DNA from: a bacterium
GTDB taxonomy: Bacteria; Patescibacteriota; Minisyncoccia; Phycocordibacterales; JAGLPS01
Assembly: GCA_030690305.1 (NCBI GenBank)
Contig: JAUYHB010000020.1
Coordinates: 87,535-151,534 of the forward strand
Reading direction: 5' to 3'
Length of the DNA: 64,000 bases
How positions within the stretch are numbered: the first letter of the stretch is position 1; every line of letters starts with the position of its first letter. A model generated the notes under the pieces. That model had not been told where the DNA came from and made no database searches. It saw nothing but the letters and a program-made list of their open reading frames with translations. This document shows positions 55,113 to 64,000 of the stretch, one piece after another. The position numbers were made by a program, and so were the translations under genes.

Positions 55113-55598
55113 ATGAAAAAAGAACAACCAGAAAACGCTGAAAGCATGCGAATATACGAGGTTGGTTACAGTCTCATTCCGACGCTTCCGGAGGAAAAAC
55201 TTTCTGAAACCGTACTCGGTATAAAATCAGCCATTGAAGAAAAACGAGGCGTTCTGATTTCGGAAGATTTTCCGAAAATGAAAGCGCTTGCCTACACATT
55301 AAGCAAAACGTCAGCAGGAAGACGGGAGCACTTTACCCACGCATATTTCGGATGGATGAAATTTGAACTCTCACGTGACGAAGTAACCTCGCTCAAAGAA
55401 AAATTACAGAACGACCCCCTTATTGTGCGTCTTATCCTTATTGAAACAGTACGGGAAAACACACTTGCCACATTGCGTACCCCTTTAATCAGAAAAACGG
55501 AGGAGCCTAAAAAAGATATGCCAAAGCAGGAAGTTTCCCAGGAAGAGTTGGATAAAAGCATAGAAAAACTTGTCGGTGACGCGAAAACAGAAGCGTAG
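55113..55598 (+). CDS. rpsF: 30S ribosomal protein S6
   Basis: YEVGY, LAY, YFGWMKF; rpsF-ssb-rpsR synteny. Confidence 0.9.
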   Translation: MKKEQPENAESMRIYEVGYSLIPTLPEEKLSETVLGIKSAIEEKRGVLISEDFPKMKALAYTLSKTSAGRREHFTHAYFGWMKFELSRDEVTSLKEKLQNDPLIVRLILIETVRENTLATLRTPLIRKTEEPKKDMPKQEVSQEELDKSIEKLVGDAKTEA

Positions 55599-55655
55599 AC
55601 AGAGAAAATAAAGGGAGATATAGTTAAAACGTCATTCAATCAAAAGACTTAGATT

Positions 55656-56111
55656 ATGTATCTTAACAAAGCACTTCTTATCGGAAACCTTACGCGTGAC
55701 CCTGAAATGCGCTCGCTCCCATCGGGAGTTAAGGTAACTTCTTTTTCTCTTGCGACCAATCGCGTATGGAAAGATAAGGATGGTAACCGCCAGGAAAATA
55801 CCGATTACCACAACATTGTTGTATTTGGGAAGCAGGCTGAAACAGTTGCCCAGTATTTGAAGAAAGGAAGTTCCGCCCTTGTTGAAGGGAGAATGCAAAC
55901 CAGAAGCTGGGATGCCCAGGACGGTTCAAAAAAGTATCGAACAGAAATTATCGCAGACCGAATTCAGTTTGGTCCGCGTAGAGAGGGAGGCACTCCTGCT
56001 CCCACTACGCCAGCATCGAAAGACAAGGAACCTCAGCCGGAAGCAGAGGCTCCCGGAGGAGGAATAGATTATCCGCAAGAAGAAATTAACCCAGACGACA
56101 TTCCATTTTAA
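55656..56111 (+). CDS. ssb: Single-stranded DNA-binding protein
   Basis: LNKALLIGNLTRDPE, VEGRMQTRSW, C-terminal DDIPF. Confidence 0.97.
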   Translation: MYLNKALLIGNLTRDPEMRSLPSGVKVTSFSLATNRVWKDKDGNRQENTDYHNIVVFGKQAETVAQYLKKGSSALVEGRMQTRSWDAQDGSKKYRTEIIADRIQFGPRREGGTPAPTTPASKDKEPQPEAEAPGGGIDYPQEEINPDDIPF

Positions 56112-56116
56112 CCAAT

Positions 56117-56317
56117 ATGAAACAGTGTTTTTTCTCACAAAATAATATAAAGCACATCGACTATAAGGATATAGAAATCCTCAAAAAATTTCTCAATCCC
56201 CACGGCCGACTGCTTTCCAGTAAAAAGACGGGAGTAAGCGCCAAGAATCAACGCAAGCTTTCTATGGCAGTGAAGCGTGCCCGATATATGGCATTATTGC
56301 CTTACGTCTCTCACTAA
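56117..56317 (+). CDS. rpsR: 30S ribosomal protein S18
   Basis: IDYKD, TGVSAKNQR, VKRARYMALLPY. Confidence 0.96.
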   Translation: MKQCFFSQNNIKHIDYKDIEILKKFLNPHGRLLSSKKTGVSAKNQRKLSMAVKRARYMALLPYVSH

Positions 56318-56406
56318 AAAACGCCCTTAGGGGCGTTTTTTGCTTTACATAAATAAAAACACTGTTTTTTACGCGGATTTCTCTCCCTCTTCCAGTTAGA
56401 GTGAAG

Positions 56407-56494
56407 AATCTCTTTTTCAGAGACTAGCGAGCGCGACGGCGCGAACTCGAGGAATTTTCTAGTAGGAAAATATCCGTACTCTGAAAAAGAGATT
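56407..56494 (+). repeat. Dispersed structured intergenic element (family member)
   Basis: Closing stem AATCTCTTTTTCAGAG...CTCTGAAAAAGAGATT with GCGCGACGGCGC and ATTTTC-TAGTAG-GAAAAT hairpins; homologous to 40361-40449. Confidence 0.85.
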
Positions 56495-56506
56495 ACGAAC
56501 GGCCTT

Positions 56507-57070
56507 TTATGATACACGTTCCGCGTATTCTCCGGTCTCGGTGTTCACTCTTACAATGTCTCCTTCTTTTATAAACAGGGGAGCGCTCACAATAACGCCC
56601 GTTTCAAGAGTGATTTGCTTGTACGCACCTTGCGCGGTATTTCCTTTTACCGCTCCGGGGGCTTCCGTGACTTTCAGTTCCACCTTCATAGGTATATCAA
56701 CACCGATAATGTTTTCATTGAAATAAATCCCCGTAACGATGGAATTTTGTTTCATAAAACGTATTTTATCTCCGACAAGATTTTCTGAAAGGGTAAAACG
56801 ATTACTTGCATCATCTTCTTTGCAGAACCAATGCTCGCCCTTATTGCTGTACAAAAATTTCAAATTTTCCTTTTCCACCTCCGCCTCCTCAACTTTTTCG
56901 GATTGGTGAAAAGATCGCTCAACCACTTTTCCCGAAAGAAAACTTTTCAGCTTCGTTTGATTGACGGGCTTTCTTTTTTGCATGCGAAATACGCGTGACG
57001 AAAGAACCTCAAACGGTTCACCGTCAAGAATGATGAATTTTTTTACGCCGATTTCGTTATATGCCAACAT
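56507..57070 (-). CDS. efp: Elongation factor P
   Basis: FLYS, PGAVKGNT, LETG, PLFIKEGD, VNTETGEYAER. Confidence 0.93.
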   Translation of the reverse strand: MLAYNEIGVKKFIILDGEPFEVLSSRVFRMQKRKPVNQTKLKSFLSGKVVERSFHQSEKVEEAEVEKENLKFLYSNKGEHWFCKEDDASNRFTLSENLVGDKIRFMKQNSIVTGIYFNENIIGVDIPMKVELKVTEAPGAVKGNTAQGAYKQITLETGVIVSAPLFIKEGDIVRVNTETGEYAERVS

Positions 57071-57120
57071 AAAATATAAACCCGGTTAAGGCTCTAGCAT
57101 AGTCATAAAAGACTTATGCG

Positions 57121-58140
57121 TCAATATCCTTCCGCAAGTCTCTTTTTAATTTCCGAAAGAAGGCTTTTTGAGACAGTGGCGTTTTCCTTCAAAAATGTCC
57201 GTGTCGCGTCATACCCGCGTCCAAGTTTAAGGTCTCCGAACGAGTATCCTCCCGCGGAGCTTTTCTCAACGAGCTTCATTCTCTCTCCGAGGGCGATAAT
57301 TTCACCCTCCCTTGAAATCCCTTCGTTATACATAAGGTCGAATTCCGTCTGTCGAAAAGGGGCGGCCACCTTGTTTTTTACCACTTTTGCCCGAATGCGC
57401 GAGCCCATGACTTCCTCACCTTTTTTTATCTGAGCGATACGGCGGATATCAATGCGTACTGACGTGTAGAATTTGAGTGCCTTGCCTCCCGGTGTTGTTT
57501 CCGGATTTCCGAACATCACACCAATTTGCATTCTGATTTGGTTGATAAAAATAACGATTGTTTTTGTTTTAGCGACAATGGCTGTAAGTTTGCGGAGTGC
57601 TTGGGACATAAGGCGGGCCTGCTTGCCCACATGATACGCCCCCATTTCTCCTTCAATTTCATCTTTAGGCGTAAGGGCTGCAACGGAATCAATGACGATA
57701 ACGTCGATTTTCCCCGAACGAACAAGACTTTCGACAATTTCAAGAGCTTGCTCTCCCGTGTCGGGTTGTGAGATGAGAAGCTCGTCAATTTTCACTCCGA
57801 GGCGTTTCGAGTATTCCGGATCCATAGCATGTTCGGCATCAATAAAGGCGCAGATACCCCCTTGTTTTTGCGCTTCGGCAATCACATGCAAAGAGAGTGT
57901 CGTCTTTCCCGATGATTCGGGACCAAAAATCTCAACGATGCGTCCCCGGGGCAATCCTCCGACACCAAGGGCGGCATCGAGCCCGAGAGAACCTGTTGAA
58001 ACGGAATTGACGTTTACCTTGGGTTTTTCACCCAACATCATAATGGCTTCGTTACCGAACTTTGTCTTAATGCTTTTTATTGTCTCTGATATTGCAATAT
58101 TATCCTTCGCTACCTTTTGTTTGCTCGTTTTCTTTATCAT
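57121..58140 (-). CDS. recA: Recombinase RecA
   Basis: [35 protein letters not shown]. Confidence 0.98.
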   Translation of the reverse strand: MIKKTSKQKVAKDNIAISETIKSIKTKFGNEAIMMLGEKPKVNVNSVSTGSLGLDAALGVGGLPRGRIVEIFGPESSGKTTLSLHVIAEAQKQGGICAFIDAEHAMDPEYSKRLGVKIDELLISQPDTGEQALEIVESLVRSGKIDVIVIDSVAALTPKDEIEGEMGAYHVGKQARLMSQALRKLTAIVAKTKTIVIFINQIRMQIGVMFGNPETTPGGKALKFYTSVRIDIRRIAQIKKGEEVMGSRIRAKVVKNKVAAPFRQTEFDLMYNEGISREGEIIALGERMKLVEKSSAGGYSFGDLKLGRGYDATRTFLKENATVSKSLLSEIKKRLAEGY

Positions 58141-58489
58141 ATTCTTTCAGAATAAGTTCTAAAAATGTTTCCTTGACTCGTCCGAACCTGTCAGACCCCG
58201 AAAACTTAATTATATTATAGCCTGAAGACAAAAGCAGTTTCTCCTTAAAAAAACCCTCCTCGTCAATAAAGATGGGTCTGTCATTCAACTGTATGGAGGA
58301 GATGTTTTTACTCGTACCCCAAATCTCAACAAGGGGAGAGGCGAACGTGGCGCCATTTATAGGGGAACGCACCGAAAGTATCGGCCCCTCAATAAGGCTT
58401 TGACCTTGATGAAACAAGTATATGGCCAAGACAAAAACCGCTACACAGCCGGCAAATACCTTTAATAAAAATAAACCCCGCGCGCTCAT
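58100..58489 (-). CDS. Membrane-anchored Ig-like hypothetical protein
   Basis: N-terminal TM helix, [22 protein letters not shown]; lies between ftsK and recA. Confidence 0.75.
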   Translation of the reverse strand: MSARGLFLLKVFAGCVAVFVLAIYLFHQGQSLIEGPILSVRSPINGATFASPLVEIWGTSKNISSIQLNDRPIFIDEEGFFKEKLLLSSGYNIIKFSGSDRFGRVKETFLELILKEYDKENEQTKGSEG

Positions 58490-60690
58490 ACGGTTTCTTC
58501 CCCGTTAGGGGGGAGATTTTGGTTTTCTCTGGAAAGAGGTTCGAGGACCTCACGTGGCTTGGCACCGTCGCCCGGACCAATAACACCTCGCTCTTCAAGA
58601 ATATCTATGAGTCGCGCGGCGCGGGCGTAACCGACGCGGAGTTTTCTTTGCAAATAGGAGGTGGAAGCCTTTCCCGCTTCCAAAACCACTTCCCGAGCCT
58701 CTTCGTATAGGGGATCGTCTTCATCATTCTCCAAACTTGCGTCAAAGATTGAATTTCGCGTGGTTTCATTTGAAAAATCTATTTCGGAGGGTAGTGCGTC
58801 TTTGTATCCGTCTTTAAGGTAAGAAACAGTTTTCTTGACCTCGCCCTCTGAAATGAAGGCGGACTGAAGACGAACCGGTTTTGACATATCCCCCGAGAGA
58901 TACAGCATGTCTCCGGCACCCAAAAGTTTTTCCGCTCCTCCGCCATCGAGAATGGTTCTGGAGTCTATCTGTGACGAAACCTGTAACGCGACACGCGTGG
59001 GGATGTTTGCTTTGATGAGTCCCGTAATGACGTTTACGGAAGGCCGTTGCGTCGAAAGAATCAAATGTATACCTACCGCCCTGCTCATCTGAGCAAGTCG
59101 CACGACGGCCGCTTCAAGTTCTCGCGGGTACGACTGCATAATATCGGCAAGTTCATCAATGACGATAATAATATAGGGCATGAGTTCGGGCAGTTTTTCT
59201 TTTTCCGCACCGTCCTGTTTTTTGTTTTTCATCTTCTCAAGTTCGGGTTCGAGAATATTTTTATGATACGACTCAATGTCGCGTACAGACTCCGCTTCCA
59301 GAATGTCATATCTTCGGTCCATTTCCTTGGCGGCCCACTTGAGGGAAAGGATAGCTTTTTTTGCTTCGGTTACGACTGGGGTAAGCAGATGGGGGATACC
59401 GTTGTACAAGGTCAACTCAACGCGTTTTGGGTCAATCATTATGAACTTCAGGTGCTCGGGGGCGTTCCTAAAGAGAAGAGAGTTGAGAAGCGCGTGGATT
59501 GTGACCGACTTACCGGAACCTGTCGCACCTGCAATTAGAAGGTGAGGCATTTTTGCCAAATTCGCAAAATGAGACTTCCCCGTTACTCCTTTACCCAAAG
59601 CCATCAACAAAGATTTTCCGGAAGACTGAAATTCTTCCTCGGAAAGCAACGAACCCAAGCCTACAATTGTTTTGGTTGTATTCGGGATTTCAATGCCGAC
59701 AAGTGATTTTCCTGGAATGGGTGCTTCAATACGCAAGGGGTGAGCGGCAAGAGCAAGAGCCAAATCGTTTTGTAGTGCGACGATACGCGACAACTTCATT
59801 CCCTCTGCCGGCTTCAGAGCGTATCGCGTAACGGACGGCCCGATTGAAATTTCATCCATCTCCACTTGAATGCCAAAATTTTGCAACGTACGTTTTATAA
59901 TATTGGCATTTGCTTTAATGTCTCCAACGCCCGGTTTTCCTCTGTCCCTTTCAAAGATACTCAACGGTGGTGGGGAATAGTCCGCAAGACTGAATGCGGT
60001 TGCTCCGACGGCGAAGCCATCTTCCTCCGTTTCTTTTTCTTTCTTCGCAGGCTTTTGTTGCTCGATTTTTTCTTCCAGTTTCTTGCCGTTCATCTGATCT
60101 TCATTGCCGGGAAGATGTATTTTTTCATTTTCCTCTTTCGATAATACTCCGACAGTGTCTTCTTCTTTTTTCTTCATAAAGTATCTCCAGAAAAACAGCG
60201 AATCAACCGTAAGGACAATATTGAAAAGAATAATGAGGGAAATAACGCTTAAGGCAAGAAGGAAAATGAATGAGGCATACACGTCAAAAAGAGAGATGAG
60301 AGGGGAAGATACCACGTTACCCAAAAATCCTCCCTTGCCTTCGGCAACAATATTAATGAGGCCAAGACCGGAGAAGGTAAGCAGTAACGCTCCAAGAGTT
60401 TGGGAAAATGCAAAACTTTTTTTAAGGGATTTAAGAAAAGAAAGTGACAGAAGAATACATACAATCGGTAAAAGGAAATAGCCTATGCCTGCAAGTTTGG
60501 TGAGAAGTGTGTAAACCGCTTTACCCGCGATTCCTGCCGCGTTATTCCCTGACGAGCCGTGGAAAGATGCAAGGGCAAGAAAAATACCCATGGCAAAAAA
60601 AACAACGGCAAGTATTCCCTGGATGATTTCATCTTTTAGTCCTGTCTCTCCTTCATGTTCTGTACTGGATTTCTTCTTTCTTTTTGCCAT
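58486..60690 (-). CDS. ftsK: DNA translocase FtsK/SpoIIIE
   Basis: 4-TM N-terminus, PHLLIAGATGSGKS, IDELAD, TQRPS, gamma domain STSYLQRKLRVGYARAAR. Confidence 0.97.
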   Translation of the reverse strand: MAKRKKKSSTEHEGETGLKDEIIQGILAVVFFAMGIFLALASFHGSSGNNAAGIAGKAVYTLLTKLAGIGYFLLPIVCILLSLSFLKSLKKSFAFSQTLGALLLTFSGLGLINIVAEGKGGFLGNVVSSPLISLFDVYASFIFLLALSVISLIILFNIVLTVDSLFFWRYFMKKKEEDTVGVLSKEENEKIHLPGNEDQMNGKKLEEKIEQQKPAKKEKETEEDGFAVGATAFSLADYSPPPLSIFERDRGKPGVGDIKANANIIKRTLQNFGIQVEMDEISIGPSVTRYALKPAEGMKLSRIVALQNDLALALAAHPLRIEAPIPGKSLVGIEIPNTTKTIVGLGSLLSEEEFQSSGKSLLMALGKGVTGKSHFANLAKMPHLLIAGATGSGKSVTIHALLNSLLFRNAPEHLKFIMIDPKRVELTLYNGIPHLLTPVVTEAKKAILSLKWAAKEMDRRYDILEAESVRDIESYHKNILEPELEKMKNKKQDGAEKEKLPELMPYIIIVIDELADIMQSYPRELEAAVVRLAQMSRAVGIHLILSTQRPSVNVITGLIKANIPTRVALQVSSQIDSRTILDGGGAEKLLGAGDMLYLSGDMSKPVRLQSAFISEGEVKKTVSYLKDGYKDALPSEIDFSNETTRNSIFDASLENDEDDPLYEEAREVVLEAGKASTSYLQRKLRVGYARAARLIDILEERGVIGPGDGAKPREVLEPLSRENQNLPPNGEETV

Positions 60691-60801
60691 ACAAAGCGGG
60701 ACTCCCAAATCTTAATTTTTAAATTGTAACATATAGGGACGCAAACAAAAATTCCCGAAAAACCTTATTTTTCAACGTTTTAACGGTCTTGACATCTTGT
60801 A

Positions 60802-61454
60802 AAAAGACATAAAAAGACACTATTTACTTTCCCAATTCAGTGGTGTATAATAAAAGACAAAGTTATTTCTTTTTATAAAAGACATTTTATATAAAAGACA
60901 AAAATATCTACAATAAAAAACGATGAATCCCGAAAAAGACATTAACGAAAAAAACAAGGAATTATCAACCATAATCTCCGAAAACAATGTTTCTATAAAA
61001 GACAGGGATATTTTTTTTATATATAAAAAAATTGAAAAAATAGTCGCGGCTCTGTATCTTGTGACTACCGTCCTTGAAGATAAAGAACCGGTGAAATGGG
61101 ATATAAGACAAAAATCCCTTGAGCTTCTTTCGTTTAATTTGCATTTAAAAGACAGTTTTATATCGGAAAGAAACCGAATGTTGCCAATCTTGAGAGACCT
61201 GTGCGATACCATTCTTTCGTATCTGTCCATATGCTATGTTTCAGGCTTAATTTCTGAAATGAACTTCTCGATTTTGAAGAAGGAAATTTCGTTCTCCTCA
61301 GCTTTCATAACTGAAAACCTGAACAAAGAAAAACGCCTTTTGGCGAGCGACTTCTTTTCTGTTGATGTCCCCAAGGACATCGAAAAAAGGGTTCAAACTG
61401 ATGTAAAAGACAGTTTCCAATATAAAGGACATAATTTTGAATCTAAAAAAGACA
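60802..61454 (+). repeat. Array of co-oriented AAAAGACA octamers
   Basis: Exact copies start at 60802, 60812, 60852, 60877, 60893, 60934, 60997, 61147, 61405 and 61447, plus near-matches. Confidence 0.85.
60823..60851 (+). promoter_or_regulatory. Sigma70 promoter embedded in the octamer array
   Basis: TTTACT-17 nt-TATAAT. Confidence 0.65.
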
Positions 61455-61726
61455 GTACAGAAGGTAGTTTGGGTCGCAGACATAATTGGACTCCGAATGA
61501 GAAATCTTTCCAAGGCTATCCTTCTTTTACGTCAAAGAAAAACGACAGAAAAAAGAGCATAATAGAAATTGTGCGGGTGAAAAATGCCGTAAATATAAAA
61601 GACGTTTCATCGATGATTAAGGGGTGTAGTGAAAAAACAATACAGAGAGAGCTGCTTGCTTTGGTAAAGAGTGGTGTCCTTAAGAAGGATGGGGAAAGAC
61701 GTTGGAGTGTCTACTCTCTGCGGTAA
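60923..61726 (+). CDS. N-terminal helix-bundle plus C-terminal DeoR-like winged-HTH DNA-binding protein
   Basis: YKKIEKIVAALYLVT...SEMNFSIL at the N-terminus, low-complexity linker, RKKSIIE...IKDV...SEKTIQRELLALVKSGVLKKDGERRWSVY. Confidence 0.8.
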   Translation: MNPEKDINEKNKELSTIISENNVSIKDRDIFFIYKKIEKIVAALYLVTTVLEDKEPVKWDIRQKSLELLSFNLHLKDSFISERNRMLPILRDLCDTILSYLSICYVSGLISEMNFSILKKEISFSSAFITENLNKEKRLLASDFFSVDVPKDIEKRVQTDVKDSFQYKGHNFESKKDSTEGSLGRRHNWTPNEKSFQGYPSFTSKKNDRKKSIIEIVRVKNAVNIKDVSSMIKGCSEKTIQRELLALVKSGVLKKDGERRWSVYSLR

Positions 61727-62410
61727 GTGATTGTCCGTCCGGTTTTTGTACCTAAAACGTTGACTTTTTTGATAAAACCTCTATATTTTCCTCTTATGCC
61801 GATTTTCGGGAAAGCCTGGAAATTGAGTTATCAACAGAGCCAGTTTTGCAGGCCTATTTCAGAACGACTATAATAGCTAGTAAGGAAAACAACCAGATAA
61901 TGTAATATTATCCGATTGTTTCCGTTTTCACATTTATAGCCGACTGAACCAGCATATACACAAATAACCTTTAAACATAGCGTTTGCTTGTTTTTTGTGT
62001 TAGACTGCACCATTAAGTCATGTGTGCAGAAAGGTTGGAGTTTATGACGGAATGACCGGAAGAAAAAGAACGTTGAAAACTGAATAAAACCAACAATTAA
62101 GTTTTTTGCCGAATGACCTTGTCCTTTTATTGATGCTTACGAAAGAAACTCGGTTCTCACTTCTACCAACTAAGTCTATCCGGATCGTGTCGATACATAT
62201 GAGACGGATAGGTTGGATTAAAGCAAAGTCATTACGGATTTAAAAAGATCGTCGAAAAAATCTTTTGAAAATCCAGAAATGTAGTATCAGCGCGGGAATA
62301 TTGTCGATACAAAAATTTTCCGTGTTGAAATATTTTCTCTGCGAACATTATTAGCGATTTATTAAATTAATTTGCGGAGGAAATTCACAATTAAAAGAAA
62401 TTACCAAATC

Positions 62411-64000
62411 ATGCAAAATATTCACAAATCTAAGACCGCCAAATTGGTCTCAGGTTTGGCAGCGTTCTCAATGGTATTGAGCGTTGTCGGATTCGTTCCG
62501 GCTTCAGCCGCTACCGTTGAAGAGCTTACTGCTCAAATCAACAGTTTGCTTTCAACGATTGCATCGTTGCAATCACAACTGTCAACAATATCAGGCGGAT
62601 CTTCAACAGTTGGTTCATACACCTTTACCAAAGACCTCAAAATGGGGGATACCGGTACGGATGTCATGAATCTTCAGAAGGTTCTTAACGCAGATGGAGT
62701 TGATATCGCTTCTTCAGGACCTGGTTCTAAAGGAAACGAAACTTCATACTTCGGTGCTCTTACAAAGGCAGGTGTTACAAGATTCCAGAACAAATATGCT
62801 TCTGAAATTTTGACACCGCTCGGTCTCATAAATGGGACCGGATATGTGGGAGCAGCGACTCGTGCCAAACTCAACACAATGGGTGGCGGTACGGTAATCG
62901 TTCCTCCGACAACATCAGGAAGTGCGGCAGTTTCAACAACTGTCCAGCCTTCAGCATCACTTGCTGTTTCAGGCGCGAGCCGTATTCCCTTCACAAAATT
63001 CGTAGTCACAGCAGGAGCTTCTGACGTTACAATCAACAGTGTTGTTGTTGAGCGCGATGGACTCTCACACAACGCCGTTCTTTCAGGAATCCTTCTTCTT
63101 GACGACCAAGGAATTCAGCTTGGTGTCGCAAAGACTCTTAACTCAAACAACCAAGCCACAATAGGTGAGGCTGTTGTAGTGAGGGCTGGCACATCAAAAA
63201 CCTTTACTGTCGCCGGAAACACAACTGATATCGCCACCATGGCAAGTTACGCCGGTGAAGTTATCGGTTTGAAAGTCGTTGCGGTTAACAGCTCAGCCAC
63301 CATCTCAGGCTCATTGCCTATCACTGGTGCATACCACGTAACGAATGCAACTCTCTCGATCGGTACCGCAACATTTGCAGTATCATCGTTTGACCCGAAC
63401 GCGGCTTTAAGTAAGCCGGTCGGCACATCAGACTACAAGTTTTCAGGTGTCCGCATCACAGCGGGATCTGCTGAAAAAATCCGACTTTTGTCGGTTCGCT
63501 TTAACCAAGGAGGTTCAGTCGCAGCGACTGACCTTGCAAACATTAAAGTCTACGTTGACGGAGTAGCATACGCGCCGGTTGTTTCAGCCGACGGTAAATA
63601 CTTCACGGTCAGCCTAGGATCAGGTCTTGTGATTGATAAAGGATTCTCAAAAGATATCTACATTCAAGGAGATATCGTTGGAACTAACGCATCAGGACGA
63701 ACGATTCAATTCGATATCGAAAAGAATACCGACGTCTATGTTAGTGGTGAGACCTACGGATACGGAATTATCGGTACAAACCCGAACGGTACTACAAACA
63801 CGTCAGCGTCAACAGCATCAGAATTCGTTGGTGCTGCCGCCGACCCCGGAACACCGTTCTTTAGCGGTTCATTGGTAACCGTTACAGCCGGTTCCGCAAC
63901 TACAATTGCAAAATCAAATACAGTTGTCTCACAGAACATTGCAGTCAACGTTCCTAATCAAGTCCTTGGAGGATACGAAACAAACTTCACAGGTGAAGGT
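62411..64000 (+). CDS. Large secreted surface (S-layer-like) protein with peptidoglycan-binding domain, continues past window end
   Basis: Manual translation: signal peptide ending ASA, coiled coil TVEELTAQINSLL, FTKDLKMGDTGTDVMNLQKVLN, YFGALTKAGVTRFQ, GYVGAATRAKLN, then G/S/T/V-rich beta sequence. Confidence 0.88.
   Translation, partial: MQNIHKSKTAKLVSGLAAFSMVLSVVGFVPASAATVEELTAQINSLLSTIASLQSQLSTISGGSSTVGSYTFTKDLKMGDTGTDVMNLQKVLNADGVDIASSGPGSKGNETSYFGALTKAGVTRFQNKYASEILTPLGLINGTGYVGAATRAKLNTMGGGTVIVPPTTSGSAAVSTTVQPSASLAVSGASRIPFTKFVVTAGASDVTINSVVVERDGLSHNAVLSGILLLDDQGIQLGVAKTLNSNNQATIGEAVVVRAGTSKTFTVAGNTTDIATMASYAGEVIGLKVVAVNSSATISGSLPITGAYHVTNATLSIGTATFAVSSFDPNAALSKPVGTSDYKFSGVRITAGSAEKIRLLSVRFNQGGSVAATDLANIKVYVDGVAYAPVVSADGKYFTVSLGSGLVIDKGFSKDIYIQGDIVGTNASGRTIQFDIEKNTDVYVSGETYGYGIIGTNPNGTTNTSASTASEFVGAAADPGTPFFSGSLVTVTAGSATTIAKSNTVVSQNIAVNVPNQVLGGYETNFTGEG

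Noticed and set aside
60923-61300. Diversity-generating retroelement suggested by the Avd-like helical N-terminus
   Set aside because: No reverse transcriptase and no template/variable repeat pair differing at adenines was seen.
60802-61454. CRISPR array interpretation of the repeats
   Set aside because: The repeats are only 8 bp, irregularly spaced and partly inside a gene, and there are no cas genes in the window.

Overview
A 64-kb chromosomal window with standard code 11, most consistent with a Patescibacteria/CPR (Parcubacteria) genome. The evidence is a streamlined housekeeping set, rplK with no rplA after it, an alpha2-type GlyRS, a type-2 IleRS with an inserted domain, scattered type IV pilus genes and the start of a large peptidoglycan-binding surface protein. 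It encodes about 60 proteins in replication, repair, translation, cell wall and pilus functions, seven tRNAs (including an unusual Arg-GCG) and a probable 6S RNA. Accessory modules are a cobalamin capture/activation operon feeding a class II ribonucleotide reductase (DUF4430, BtuM-like protein, nrdJ, pduO), a dTTP cluster (dcd, degenerate folA, thyX, tmk, dut) and pheA-tyrA. Four signals stand out as unexplained. (i) An array of co-oriented AAAAGACA repeats runs through the promoter and coding sequence of a helix-bundle/winged-HTH gene between ftsK and the surface-protein gene. (ii) A dispersed family of about 90-180 bp structured elements has conserved loops, and three of them abut tRNA 3' ends. 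(iii) Three GTCGA-capped hairpins precede the surface-protein gene. (iv) Core genes look leaderless while accessory genes carry strong Shine-Dalgarno sites. No CRISPR array, integrase, transposase or reverse transcriptase was seen. All calls come from reading motifs by eye, with no database searches.
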